The notes below the pieces were generated by a model, which was not told the origin of the DNA, did no database searches, and saw nothing but the letters and a program-made list of their open reading frames with translations. From Thermodesulfobacteriota bacterium (lineage in GTDB: Bacteria; Desulfobacterota_D; UBA1144; Nemesobacterales; UBA2774): DNA of 64,000 nucleotides. The position numbers and the translations under genes are program-made. Of the stretch, positions 42,266-52,629 are shown piece by piece; position 1 is the stretch's first letter; each line of letters starts with the position of its first letter. The stretch lies in the NCBI GenBank assembly GCA_965223335.1, contig OZ244991.1, positions 1,376,001 to 1,440,000 of the forward strand. Reading direction: 5' to 3'.

Positions 42266-43252
42266 CTAGTCTAAGTACCCGTTTTCCTTGAACCAATCTA
42301 CGGTGTTTATGACACTTTGTTCTATATCCGAGGTCTCGTATCCGAGTTCGTTCTTTGCCTTTGAACAGTCGTAATGCCACCTGAATTTTGATAACTTCAC
42401 AGAATCGACGTCCATAGTGGAGAAATTAGGGAACTGCAGACCCAATACCCGCTCCACCAGATAACCCGAGGCAAGGGCCATTACATATGGGATTTTCATC
42501 TTAGGCCTCGAGATCCCTGTGATTCTCTCAAGCATTTTGAAAAGTTCGAGCAGTGTTAGGTTGACATTCCCCAGTATATAACGTTCACCGTCTTTTCCCT
42601 TCTCTGCCGCCAAGAGGTGCCCGTTGGCTACGTCCTCTACATCTACCATATTGAGTGTGCCTTCCATATACCCCGGAAACTTCTTTTTACAGAACCACGA
42701 TATGAATGCGGTGCTCGATAGATATACATCACCCGGGCCAATGACGACAGCCGGGTTTACAACAACAACAGGGAGTCCCTGCTGGTGGTAGCTGAGCGCG
42801 GCCTCTTCGGCGCGGTGCTTGGTGTTTAGATACTGTACACCCAGGTCTTCCAGTGTGAATTCCGTATCTTCGTTTGCTATGCCGCCATTTGGGTCTACCC
42901 CTATTGCTGCCACACTGCTTGTATAAACTACCTTCTCCATCCCTTGTTCGAGAGCGGCACTCATTACATTATTTGTCCCGCCGACATTAATGTCTTCCAT
43001 CTTTTGGTAGTCTGCCTTTCTAAACGATACTGCCCCTGCGGTATGGTAGAGCTTGTTACAGCCCTTGAGTGCATTCTCAATAGATTCCTTGTCGGTGACA
43101 TCCCCGTATACCCTCTCGGCATCGATATCGTCGATGTTTGAGGTCCTGCTCGTCTTACGTAGAAGGAGTTTTACCTTATCCCCCCGTTCGACTAGTTTTC
43201 TAGCAATATGAGATCCCAAAAACCCCGTGGCCCCTGTGACAAGTGTGCTCAT
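42266..43252 (-). CDS. NAD-dependent epimerase/dehydratase (extended SDR, HpnA/DFR-like)
   Basis: TGATGFLG, YTSS, YLNTK, VDVEDVANGH, GERYILG. Confidence 0.88.
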   Translation of the reverse strand: MSTLVTGATGFLGSHIARKLVERGDKVKLLLRKTSRTSNIDDIDAERVYGDVTDKESIENALKGCNKLYHTAGAVSFRKADYQKMEDINVGGTNNVMSAALEQGMEKVVYTSSVAAIGVDPNGGIANEDTEFTLEDLGVQYLNTKHRAEEAALSYHQQGLPVVVVNPAVVIGPGDVYLSSTAFISWFCKKKFPGYMEGTLNMVDVEDVANGHLLAAEKGKDGERYILGNVNLTLLELFKMLERITGISRPKMKIPYVMALASGYLVERVLGLQFPNFSTMDVDSVKLSKFRWHYDCSKAKNELGYETSDIEQSVINTVDWFKENGYLD

Positions 43253-43337
43253 TATCTTTCCTCTCAAGTTTATGAATTAAGCATTATACTACACTGTAAA
43301 ATTGGATACAAAGTTTAATATTCCACAACGTAGTCTT

Positions 43338-44594
43338 CTATGTAGCTCTTTCAAGTAGGGTGACGGATTCGATGTGGTAGGTTTGGGGGAACATATCGTA
43401 GGGGCGCACAACTGCTACTCTGTACCCCTGGTCGGTAAGTGCCTTAAGGTCACGGGCCAATGTGGTCGGGTTGCAGGATATATAGATTAACCTCTCGGCT
43501 CCAAGCCGCTTAATATATGGAATAAGCTCTTTAGCTCCCTCTCTCGGGGGGTCTAGGATTATAATGTCAAAACTCTCTCCGCCCTTTTCGGCCTGCTTTA
43601 GGTATTGTAGAGAGTCCAGGTTATGGGTGGTGATGTTTGTGATTGAGTTTAGTTCGGCACTCCTCTCCAATAGACTTACAGCCCTCTTGTTAATCTCTAC
43701 AGCGTGTAGTTCCCCGCAGTTATTGGCGAGGTGAAGCGAAAAGTTCCCAGCCCCGGCATAAAGGTCCAACACCCTATCATTATTGCCTGCTCGGCTTAAT
43801 TCAATTACCGATTTAATCATCTGTTCGTTTACCGGGTCGTTTGACTGAGAAAAGAGCGAGGGGGACATGTTGTGTTTTATGCCTAGCACCTCTTTCACAA
43901 ATATAGTTTCGTTGCTAAACAATGCGGAGTTTTTGGTCTCGTCGTGTCTCTTTAGGTGTTTAATAAAAGTTGTGAGCATCGCGGCCTTGCCTCGTTTGGG
44001 CGCTACAAACGTAAGGTAGGCTTGAGTGGAATCGGACGCTATATAAATAGTGTCAAACGGGTAGGTGGGGTTGGTAAGAGTATCGAATACAGCGGCCAGT
44101 CTCTCAATAGCACTATTAATCGGGCCGTCGGCTACCGGGCACTGAGTAATAGGCACAACCCTGTGGCTTTGCTCCTGGTAGTACCCAAGGTTCCAGTGTC
44201 CTTGGTGATACCAGGTGGTTAATGTGACCCTGTTCCTATAACTGTACGCACTGGAGACTTCTGGGAGGGGGTCGATCTCAATATGACCGAGACTCCCTAT
44301 GCGCTCTAGAGTCTCGGCTAGTATTAAGCCTTTTTGCTCTAACTCTTGTTTATAATCGAGGTGCTGCCACTGGCACCCCCCGCATACTTCAAATACGTCG
44401 CAGTTTGGTTGAATACGGTATGGGGATTCTTCTATAAACCCCTCTATAATCGCCTCGGAGTAATTCTTTTTTTCTTTTATGATCCTTACATTAATCGTGT
44501 CATCCGGCAGCCCTCCCTTAACAAACACTACTTTCCCCTCTGCTTTCCCTATCCCTTTACCGCCGTATGCCAGCTTTTCTATAGTCAGTTTCAT
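43338..44594 (-). CDS. rlmD: 23S rRNA (uracil-5)-methyltransferase, RlmD/TrmA family
   Basis: TRAM domain, CGGC, LDPPR, YISCNP, DMFPQTYHIE. Confidence 0.88.
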   Translation of the reverse strand: MKLTIEKLAYGGKGIGKAEGKVVFVKGGLPDDTINVRIIKEKKNYSEAIIEGFIEESPYRIQPNCDVFEVCGGCQWQHLDYKQELEQKGLILAETLERIGSLGHIEIDPLPEVSSAYSYRNRVTLTTWYHQGHWNLGYYQEQSHRVVPITQCPVADGPINSAIERLAAVFDTLTNPTYPFDTIYIASDSTQAYLTFVAPKRGKAAMLTTFIKHLKRHDETKNSALFSNETIFVKEVLGIKHNMSPSLFSQSNDPVNEQMIKSVIELSRAGNNDRVLDLYAGAGNFSLHLANNCGELHAVEINKRAVSLLERSAELNSITNITTHNLDSLQYLKQAEKGGESFDIIILDPPREGAKELIPYIKRLGAERLIYISCNPTTLARDLKALTDQGYRVAVVRPYDMFPQTYHIESVTLLERAT

Positions 44595-44606
44595 TTGTCG
44601 GGTTCT

Positions 44607-45626
44607 CTAAATAATAATTGTTGCGTCTCCGTAGCTTAAAAACCTGTAACGCTCTGCAATGGCCTCGCGGTACGCTTTATCGATGAGCGTTTTGCCGGCA
44701 AAGGCCGATACCAGAAGCATAAGTGTAGATTTGGGCAGATGGAAATTAGTGATCATAGCATCGACAGCTTTGAATTTGAACCCCGGGTATATGAATAGAT
44801 CGGTCTCGCCGCTCTGGGCAGTTACACACCCCTCTTTTGATGCGACTGATTCTAATGTGCGGACGACTGTGGTTCCTACTGCTACTACCCTTCTGTTTTC
44901 TCTAATGGCACTGTTAATCGACTCAGCTGTGGCAGCGGGGATCTCATAGGATTCGGGGTGCATGACATGGTCTTGTACGTTATCAGTCTTAACCGGTTGG
45001 AATGTACCTATACCTACATGCAGAGTTATATACTCTATTTCAATGCCTCTTTGACGAACGGTGTCGAGCAGGTGCTCTGTAAAGTGAAGCCCTGCGGTGG
45101 GTGCTGCGATGGCGCCGGTATTCTCAGCGAACACGGTTTGGTAGGTGGCTCTATCGTGGTCATTGGCCTCGCGCCTAATGTAGGGTGGAAGCGGCATCCT
45201 GCCTGATTCCTCTATATAAACTTCGGGGTGTTTGTTAAATGTAATCTGCCAGTTTTTACTGCTATCTCTCGTAAGCACCCCGCTTAGCTCAGCGTCGAAC
45301 ACTATTTCCTCGTTCTTTTTAGGGTTTGTGACGAGGCATTCCCAGGTGTTGGGGTCTAGTTTTTTAACCAGAAGAACCTCTCTTAATTTCTCTCCGGGGT
45401 CTTTTCGCTCGGACCTGCCGTATAGTCTTGCCGGGATGACCTTGGTGTTGTTTAAGACGAGCAGGTCGCCCGGATCTAGGAGGCTAGGGAGGTCAGTGAA
45501 TAATTTATGCTCTAATGTTGCAGTGTTGCGCCTTATGACCAAGAGACGCGAGCTGTCTCTATGCTCGGCTGGATACTCGGCGATAAGCTCCCGGCGGAGT
45601 TCATAATCGAAATCTGAGGTCTTCAT
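44607..45626 (-). CDS. queA: SAM:tRNA ribosyltransferase-isomerase
   Basis: PLPPYI, AAPTAGLHF, TNFHLPKS, SYGD. Confidence 0.97.
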   Translation of the reverse strand: MKTSDFDYELRRELIAEYPAEHRDSSRLLVIRRNTATLEHKLFTDLPSLLDPGDLLVLNNTKVIPARLYGRSERKDPGEKLREVLLVKKLDPNTWECLVTNPKKNEEIVFDAELSGVLTRDSSKNWQITFNKHPEVYIEESGRMPLPPYIRREANDHDRATYQTVFAENTGAIAAPTAGLHFTEHLLDTVRQRGIEIEYITLHVGIGTFQPVKTDNVQDHVMHPESYEIPAATAESINSAIRENRRVVAVGTTVVRTLESVASKEGCVTAQSGETDLFIYPGFKFKAVDAMITNFHLPKSTLMLLVSAFAGKTLIDKAYREAIAERYRFLSYGDATIII

Positions 45627-45634
45627 ATAGCATA

Positions 45635-46843
45635 TTATTTGTGGATTTTATCGAGCATTTTACGCACCGATAACCTGAGCGCATTTAGCTTTATGAACCC
45701 AGTGGCGTCCGACTGGTCGTAGATGCTCTCTTCTTCAAACGTAGCGAGGTCCTCGTTATACAAGGAATAATCGGAACGCCTGCCGACCACTATAACGTTG
45801 CCCTTGTATATTTTGAGTCTTACCGAGCCTGTGACATTTTTTTGCGATTCGTCTATAGCGGCCTTCAACATCTCCATCTCTGGCGAGTACCAAAAACCGT
45901 AGTATATTAGCTCGGCGATCTTGGGTACGAGTGAGTCTCGCAGGTGAGTTACCTCTCTGTCGAGTGTTAGTGACTCGAGTGCCCGATGCGCTGCGTAAAG
46001 AATGGTGCCGCCCGGGGTCTCATACACACCCCTCGATTTCATGCCCACGAACCTATTTTCAACCAGGTCCACACGCCCGACACCGTTTTTACCGGCGACT
46101 TCGTTTAGGTGACTCAACAGATCGACCGGCCCCAGATCCCTGCCGTCAACTCCGGTGGGGACACCTTGTGTGAACTCGATCTCTATGTAATGTGGGGTGT
46201 CCGGTGCTTTTTCAGGCGACACGGTGAGCTCGAACATGTCTTCGGGGGGCTCGGACCATGGGTCCTCTAAAATCCCGCCCTCATAACTGGTGTGCAGTAT
46301 GTTTCTATCGCAGCTATAGGGTTTTTTCTGTGTGACAGGTACGGGAATGCCGTGGGCTTCTGCGTAGTCTATAAGGCTTTGTCTCGAGTTTAGGTCCCAT
46401 TCTCTCCAGGGGGCGATAACCTTTATGCCGGGATCAAGGGCATAGAATGTGAGCTCGAACCGCACTTGGTCGTTACCCTTTCCGGTTGCACCGTGAGATA
46501 CGGCGAATGCCCCTTCCTCGTGGGCGATCTCAAGCTGTCTCTTTGCGATAATCGGCCGGGCTAAAGAGGTGCCCAGCAGGTAGCTCCCCTCGTATACCGC
46601 GTTTGCCTTAAGTGCTGTAAACACAAAGTCGCGGACGAACTCTTCTTTTAGGTCCTCGATAAAGACCTTGGATGCCCCTGTAGCTAGGGCCTTTTGGTGT
46701 ACCTCGTCTAGGTCCTCTCCCTGGCCGACGTCGGCTACGTAGGCTATGACCTCGGAGTCGTATTTCTCGATAAGCCACTTTAAGATGACGGATGTGTCTA
46801 GCCCGCCTGAGTAGGCAAGCACAATTTTATTCTTTTCAGCCAT
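45635..46843 (-). CDS. argG: Argininosuccinate synthase
   Basis: [33 protein letters not shown]. Confidence 0.98.
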   Translation of the reverse strand: MAEKNKIVLAYSGGLDTSVILKWLIEKYDSEVIAYVADVGQGEDLDEVHQKALATGASKVFIEDLKEEFVRDFVFTALKANAVYEGSYLLGTSLARPIIAKRQLEIAHEEGAFAVSHGATGKGNDQVRFELTFYALDPGIKVIAPWREWDLNSRQSLIDYAEAHGIPVPVTQKKPYSCDRNILHTSYEGGILEDPWSEPPEDMFELTVSPEKAPDTPHYIEIEFTQGVPTGVDGRDLGPVDLLSHLNEVAGKNGVGRVDLVENRFVGMKSRGVYETPGGTILYAAHRALESLTLDREVTHLRDSLVPKIAELIYYGFWYSPEMEMLKAAIDESQKNVTGSVRLKIYKGNVIVVGRRSDYSLYNEDLATFEEESIYDQSDATGFIKLNALRLSVRKMLDKIHK

Positions 46844-46957
46844 ATGATGTGAATCCTCCGAGATCTGGTCTCTGCGTTAAGGTTAGTAGTTACGGTAACA
46901 TCAATCACAGATCTTGCAACGCAGAGCTTGGTGATCAATTACCGTAGAGAGATGAGG

Positions 46958-47428
46958 TTAAGGCTGGCTGCCCGGTTCACCTTTGGCGTCTTGGGGCCTT
47001 AGATCATGCAAATAGAATTTAGCGCTGTTGTTCTCGTAGAATTTCTCGAGAGTAAACCCTATATATTCGATTTTTTCGTTGTCATCACCCATGTATTTTG
47101 CATTTTTAACCTCGTCCGAGAGTTTGCAGTCAACAGCAATATCGTCGGTGGGGCTGTCGTGGCAGATGAATCTAAGCTGAAACTCGGGACCAAGATTGAT
47201 ATGGTTCGGCAGAATAAAACCAACAGCTATTTTTGCGGATATGAGTTCTACTACGACTAATCTAACTATGCTACTGCCGATTCCCTCTGTACCACCTTCC
47301 ACCTCAAACGTGTAGCCGTAATAGTCAACTTTCTGATTGTCCTTATTCATAGCGTTGAGATTCCAGTAGTCTTCCGAATCCACCCAGCACATTATTTGTT
47401 GTTTTTGCTTTTCTTGAGGCGCACTCAT
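46958..47428 (-). CDS. Hypothetical protein
   Basis: 156-aa ORF with RBS inside a co-oriented gene run. Confidence 0.6.
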   Translation of the reverse strand: MSAPQEKQKQQIMCWVDSEDYWNLNAMNKDNQKVDYYGYTFEVEGGTEGIGSSIVRLVVVELISAKIAVGFILPNHINLGPEFQLRFICHDSPTDDIAVDCKLSDEVKNAKYMGDDNEKIEYIGFTLEKFYENNSAKFYLHDLRPQDAKGEPGSQP

Positions 47429-47491
47429 ATTAGATCTCCCTTAAGTCTGAAAAAATATTAGCTAATTATAATAACATGTTTTAAGAACTCT

Positions 47492-48178
47492 CTAAACCAT
47501 GATCGCAATGTACGATAACTGGCCCCCAACACCCTTGCCCTCGCGCCGGTACGAGTAGTAGATGGTCTCACAATTGGTACAGCTATCCATGGTCTCGATA
47601 CTCTTTAGGTTGAGTCGTAGCAGTGAGTTTTGAATGGCTTTTTTTAGATCCAGTATGTACTTGTCATTGGATTTTTGCGAGAGAAAGCTGTGGTGGTCCT
47701 CGAATTTATCCATAAATGGTTTTGCCACATCCATGCTTACCTCGTAGCAGCAGCCGCTTATTGCAGGGCCTATTACTGCACGGATGTTCTTGGGCTCGGC
47801 CCCGAAGTGGTGTCTCATTACCGACACCGTGCTCACAGCTATTTCCCCCAGCGTGCCCTTCCATCCCGAGTGCGAGGCGGCAACAGTGTTGGAAACAGTG
47901 TCTGCAAACAGCACCGGGACGCAGTCGGCTGTTTTAATCCCGAGTGAGATACCCCTTAGGTTTGTGGCAAGTGCGTCACCTGTGATGTTGTCGATTGTGC
48001 TCTGGGCGCTGTCGATAACAATGACGTCGGTGCTATGGATCTGATCAAGTGTTATAAGCCGGGTAATGCCCGGCTGCTTGGAGATATAATCGTGGTGAGA
48101 GCTTATATTACGGTTTAAAAAACCGTGTTCTATCTCGGCAATGGACCCAAGGCTTTCGGATTTTATAACCTTACTCAT
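47492..48178 (-). CDS. pgeF: PgeF/YfiH family protein
   Basis: QIHS, TADCVP, HSGWKG, GPAI..CCYEV, SYRR; follows rluD. Confidence 0.92.
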   Translation of the reverse strand: MSKVIKSESLGSIAEIEHGFLNRNISSHHDYISKQPGITRLITLDQIHSTDVIVIDSAQSTIDNITGDALATNLRGISLGIKTADCVPVLFADTVSNTVAASHSGWKGTLGEIAVSTVSVMRHHFGAEPKNIRAVIGPAISGCCYEVSMDVAKPFMDKFEDHHSFLSQKSNDKYILDLKKAIQNSLLRLNLKSIETMDSCTNCETIYYSYRREGKGVGGQLSYIAIMV

Positions 48179-49142
48179 AGTTGTTTTGTGTCTTTAATTG
48201 CCTGATGGCGGATTTAATGTCGTCGGGCAACTCTGATTCAAATTCTACATATTTACCGCTCGACGGATGAATAAAACCCAGTTTAGAAGCATGTAGGGCC
48301 TGGCGCCCGAGCTCTTTTGATACCTTTAAGATTATAGGAGTTTTTTCTTTTTTTTGTCTATAGGTTTTGTCCCCGATGATCGGGTGCCCTGCATCGGCGA
48401 AGTGTACCCTAATCTGGTGGGTTCGGCCGGTTTTTGGCGTGATCTCGACCAGCGATGCATGCAAATACTGCTCTACGATCCTCCAGGCGGTATGTGCTTC
48501 TTTGCCCGACTTGGATTTGGTCGACATCTGTTTTCGCTGGGTCGGGTGCCTGCCGATTGGTAAATCGTAAGTGCCGCTTGAGGACTTAAACACCCCCTCG
48601 ACAAGTGCGGTGTAGGTCTTATTGGTTGTGCGGTCCTTAAACTGCTTGGCCAGTGACAGGTGAGACGTATCGTTTTTGGCTATGACTACCACACCCGAGG
48701 TGTCTTTGTCGAGCCGGTGTACTATACCGGGGCGTATAGTGCCCCCGATGCCCGAGAGATCCGAACACATGTGCAGCAGAGCATTTACGACTGTACCGCT
48801 CTTTATCCCAGCACCAGGGTGCATGCTGATCCCCGCGGGTTTATCGACCACAGCAATATCGGGGTCTTCGTACAAGATCACGAGCGGTATATCCTCAGCC
48901 TTCATCAGATTGGGCTCGGGTTTTGGGATTTTTACCACAACCTCTTCGCCGAGCTCTAACTTTCTAGAGGGTTTTATGGGCTTGCCGTCAACCAATATCT
49001 GTTTTTCCGAGATTAACCGCTTGATCTGCGACCGGGTCTGTTTTTCTAGTATATCAGAGAGCACTACATCCACACGTTTACCTATATGAGTTTCATTGAC
49101 TATGAATTTTTCGATTGAATCTAGGTTAGTGTCTGACATCAA
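48171..49142 (-). CDS. rluD: RluA/RluD family pseudouridine synthase
   Basis: S4 domain, HRLDKDTSG, GRTHQIRVH, QALHA. Confidence 0.92.
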   Translation of the reverse strand: MMSDTNLDSIEKFIVNETHIGKRVDVVLSDILEKQTRSQIKRLISEKQILVDGKPIKPSRKLELGEEVVVKIPKPEPNLMKAEDIPLVILYEDPDIAVVDKPAGISMHPGAGIKSGTVVNALLHMCSDLSGIGGTIRPGIVHRLDKDTSGVVVIAKNDTSHLSLAKQFKDRTTNKTYTALVEGVFKSSSGTYDLPIGRHPTQRKQMSTKSKSGKEAHTAWRIVEQYLHASLVEITPKTGRTHQIRVHFADAGHPIIGDKTYRQKKEKTPIILKVSKELGRQALHASKLGFIHPSSGKYVEFESELPDDIKSAIRQLKTQNNYE

Positions 49143-49150
49143 TATCCGGG

Positions 49151-50260
49151 TTATTTGCGGGTCTTACGTTCCGCTATGACCTTTCTGGCCATAGTAGATA
49201 TAATGCCCGGGAGGTTTTTGTTTCGCATTATGCCCCTTAGATCAATGTCCCTTAGCTGTTTAACAAAGTTCATGGATATGTGCTGGGGAGTTTTGGGGTT
49301 GGTGACGAGGGATGCTTTTACCTGATATAAACTTACCCATCTGCGGGTCTCTGAGATTGAGCGCAGTATATCTTCGCTTACAATTTTAGAGCCTGCTATC
49401 TGGACTATCTCGGAATCTGTGAGGCGTGCATTTTTGAGCACCGCACCCGACACAACCCTGTTGTGGTCACGTATGAGTAAACGCCTTGCCTCCCTATTGC
49501 CCATGAGGGAGAGCTTGATTTTTTCACCTATAGTCATATTGTTTATTTGGTTGAGAAGGTTGGCATTGCGTATGTTGTCTTCTTCTTCGATCTCTTCTAT
49601 TTCGGGTTGATCGTTTTCTTCGGTCAGTTCATCTGGGAACTCTATGTTGTCTAGGAAGGATTCATCGTAATCCTCGGTATCAAGAGTTTCCTCGACATCT
49701 TGTTCGGATTCCACGGTGAGGCTCTCTGTAGCGAACGTGTCTTGGTCTTTATGTAACTGGACGTTTAAGAAATTTATAATACCGTCTAATGTCGATCTGC
49801 TAATGGCAGGGTTTGTGCTCACGGCTTCCACTATCTCTGTGGAACGTATGAGTCTCAGATGGTTGTTTGCAATCATCTCAATCAGCATCTGCGAGTCGGT
49901 AGCCCGGGCAATGTGTGCAAATGTTTGATCGAGAGTAATGTTGTTTAGCAGTATGGACTGGAGTTTGCGTTCATCAGTAATGTTCTTGGCGAGAAAATCT
50001 ATCAAGCCGGGGTCGGAACCGGTGTCCTTCAAAATATCGTTTATAGACGAGTCGGGCAGGTCAGCTATGGATTTCTCGGCCTCGGTACGAACCTCGGGGT
50101 CCGGATCATTCTCAATGATTACATAGAGGATCTGAGCCAGTTGCTTGGGTGGAACAGGAATAATTCCCTGGGCCGCCATGAGCCTCTGTTCCTTTGGGTT
50201 GGCAGGGTCTGTGAACTGTAATAGTTCGGGTGGCAGCGTACTGCCGGCCTCTTTGGACAT
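49151..50260 (-). CDS. Alpha-helical hypothetical protein
   Basis: 369 aa, acidic linker, C-terminal KIKL..GNREAR...NPKTP block. Confidence 0.7.
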   Translation of the reverse strand: MSKEAGSTLPPELLQFTDPANPKEQRLMAAQGIIPVPPKQLAQILYVIIENDPDPEVRTEAEKSIADLPDSSINDILKDTGSDPGLIDFLAKNITDERKLQSILLNNITLDQTFAHIARATDSQMLIEMIANNHLRLIRSTEIVEAVSTNPAISRSTLDGIINFLNVQLHKDQDTFATESLTVESEQDVEETLDTEDYDESFLDNIEFPDELTEENDQPEIEEIEEEDNIRNANLLNQINNMTIGEKIKLSLMGNREARRLLIRDHNRVVSGAVLKNARLTDSEIVQIAGSKIVSEDILRSISETRRWVSLYQVKASLVTNPKTPQHISMNFVKQLRDIDLRGIMRNKNLPGIISTMARKVIAERKTRK

Positions 50261-50471
50261 AAAGATAATACTAAGCGATTATAGTTAACGGATCAATATG
50301 GCGAGAATTGCCCTCGATTTTGACGAAATTTGTTACCTTCAGGGCTTAGTTAATTATTGTTTGGAAAAAATTCAAGCAATTATGGATAGTTATAAGTGCC
50401 CATATTAATGGCATATTTTTTGCCAACCTTAATAGTACAACGTTAGAAACAGTATGTTCCTCATAACATTA

Positions 50472-50487
50472 TGGCATTAGATATGCA
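50472..50487 (+). promoter_or_regulatory. Probable sigma-54 promoter
   Basis: TGGCATTAGATATGCA (GG-N10-GC), about 45 nt before ATG 50530. Confidence 0.5.
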
Positions 50488-50529
50488 GGGAATAACAGAG
50501 AGGAGTATGGATTTGTTGGGAGATATTGA

Positions 50530-50949
50530 ATGAAAAAACAAGCTGTGAGCGTACTGAGAGAGGATGAACAGGCAAACTCAGTGATTCTGAAATGGAGCGA
50601 TATACTCGAGAGTGCGTTCGACTATTATTACACAGAGTACATGCCCGCATGGACACTTAACGCCACTCACCTGAATAACGCGGGGGACAAGATCTTTATA
50701 TCCAAGAAGGATAGTAAATGGGTGAGCTGGGAAAACATTGAAGAATCCGAGAGACCACATGTGGCAACCATATTTGATCTATTGCCGGACCTTCCCGAGG
50801 ACGAGGTGTACTGGGCCATGATGAGAGAGATGGAAGAGCAGGCCATCAAGGAACCCGAGGACCATTTTTGGGAGAATATATTTTCGTATAAACCTGTGAA
50901 CGAGGTCGAGTCCAGAGGAAAGAAATATAGAATAGATTGGGAAGCTTAA
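50530..50949 (+). CDS. Hypothetical acidic, Trp-rich protein
   Basis: 139-aa ORF with RBS GGGAG. Confidence 0.6.
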   Translation: MKKQAVSVLREDEQANSVILKWSDILESAFDYYYTEYMPAWTLNATHLNNAGDKIFISKKDSKWVSWENIEESERPHVATIFDLLPDLPEDEVYWAMMREMEEQAIKEPEDHFWENIFSYKPVNEVESRGKKYRIDWEA

Positions 50950-51011
50950 TCTATTGTTAATTGCCGCCCGATAGTGAAGGGTAAAATCCAAGCCAAAAAA
51001 TATTAGTATAT

Positions 51012-51779
51012 CTACGATCTGTTGCTAAGGATAACCGTGTGTGATTTAATTTGTTTTGCCGCACTGCCTTGGTTAACCGATATCTCTAAAAAGCCAGAAC
51101 TCCCGACAATTGCCAGAATCTCTCCAATGTTTACATCCGAGTAAGATGTGGATATAGATGGGATAACGAGATCCCCGACCATGACTTGCATCCCGGGTTC
51201 TACAAGCTCTTTCGATATATTGCTAACGAGGTTCCCGAAATTATCTTGGTAAATAAACTCACCCGCAACTGTGCCCTCATCTATTTGCGGTGAGGGGATA
51301 TTTAGCAGTTTTGGCGAGTGTAACTGCGTGCCGCATTCACTTGGCTCGATTCCCAAAGAGATGTGTGCGGCAACCGGCGCAAATATATCTCTGCCGTGGA
51401 ATGTGTTGCTTGTCTCCTCGGCAATATATTTGCTGTTCGTGATTTCGAATAACTCCCCAGCACTATGGTTCTTGAATATATAGGTGAACACACCGTTATC
51501 AGGGCCTATGAATACTCCAATATGGGTCTTAAAGATAATTGGTTTTCTCTGGCTCCCGACACCCGGATCGACCACGACCACGTGAATGGACCCCCCGGGG
51601 AACTTATCGTGGGTAGCATTAATGGTAAACGCTGCATGTTTGATATCGTGGCGCGCAATGTTATGAGTAATATCTACGATGGTTGCATTTGGGTTAATGC
51701 TGAGTATTACTCCTTTCATCGAGCCCACGTAGTGGTCATCGAGCCCGAAATCAGTTGTAAGAGTGATTATCCGTTCCAT
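51012..51779 (-). CDS. SAM hydroxide adenosyltransferase (DUF62 family)
   Basis: TDFG, VVDPGVGSQR, GPDNG, TFHGRDIFAP. Confidence 0.9.
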   Translation of the reverse strand: MERIITLTTDFGLDDHYVGSMKGVILSINPNATIVDITHNIARHDIKHAAFTINATHDKFPGGSIHVVVVDPGVGSQRKPIIFKTHIGVFIGPDNGVFTYIFKNHSAGELFEITNSKYIAEETSNTFHGRDIFAPVAAHISLGIEPSECGTQLHSPKLLNIPSPQIDEGTVAGEFIYQDNFGNLVSNISKELVEPGMQVMVGDLVIPSISTSYSDVNIGEILAIVGSSGFLEISVNQGSAAKQIKSHTVILSNRS

Positions 51780-51854
51780 CTATATTTGCTCTCGGCAGAT
51801 GCGGGTGATACAGTGCATATAGAACAAAATACACCATAAGGATTTAATAGAAAA

Positions 51855-52604
51855 ATGAAACTAAGCGTTTTGGGCTCGGGCACATGTATTCCAAATAAAC
51901 ACAGAGGTTCGTCGGGGTATGCGGTAGAGCTCGGTGATGCCATCGTGCTATTGGATTGCGGTAACGGTACCACTTGGAAGCTGGGACATGTAGGTATTGA
52001 TTACCTAGGTGTAGATCATATATTTATTACACACTTTCACCCCGACCACACTGCCGATCTTATCCCATTCTTATTTGCAAGAAAATATCCGACTGCACCA
52101 AACAACGCTAAACCCCTCAGTGTCTGGGGCCCTATGGGGTTTAGGGATTTTTTTGCGGCACTGCAGTCAGCTTACGGGGACTGGATTCTACCCGACGATA
52201 CTAATATAAGAGAGATCGATACAACCAGTGTCGAATTGACGTCGTTTAAGATCCGGACGTCCAAATCCCTACATACCCATAACAGCTTCTCATATAGGAT
52301 CGATTCCGGGGGCAAATCACTCGTGTACTCGGGCGATACCGACTACACTCGAGATTTAGTGGAGTTGTCTGCGGGGGCGGATCTATTGATACTCGAGTGT
52401 TCGTTCCCTGACGATATGAAACGAGAGGGGCATTTAACACCATCCGATGTGGTCAGAGTGGTTAGGGAATCCGGTGTAAATAGGGTGGTAGTGACGCATA
52501 TGTACCCTATGTTAAATGAGGCAGAGCTCCTAAATCTATTACAAAAAGAGTTGCCCGAGACCGATGTGATTATTGCTCAGGACCTGCTTCAGATAGAGAT
52601 CTGA
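51855..52604 (+). CDS. MBL-fold metallo-hydrolase (RNase Z-like)
   Basis: LGSG, DCG, THFHPDH, YSGDT. Confidence 0.88.
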   Translation: MKLSVLGSGTCIPNKHRGSSGYAVELGDAIVLLDCGNGTTWKLGHVGIDYLGVDHIFITHFHPDHTADLIPFLFARKYPTAPNNAKPLSVWGPMGFRDFFAALQSAYGDWILPDDTNIREIDTTSVELTSFKIRTSKSLHTHNSFSYRIDSGGKSLVYSGDTDYTRDLVELSAGADLLILECSFPDDMKREGHLTPSDVVRVVRESGVNRVVVTHMYPMLNEAELLNLLQKELPETDVIIAQDLLQIEI

Positions 52605-52629
52605 ACGTGTATTTTGCCTATTCGGTTTA

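Noticed and set aside
46870..46926. 9-bp inverted repeat CTCTGCGTT/AACGCAGAG upstream of argG
   Set aside because: Long 39-nt loop, no U tract and no known motif; plausibly chance.
51012..51779. Fluorinase or chlorinase
   Set aside because: TFHGRD and DPGVG..R motifs fit the common SAM-hydrolysing DUF62 group; no biosynthetic cluster nearby.
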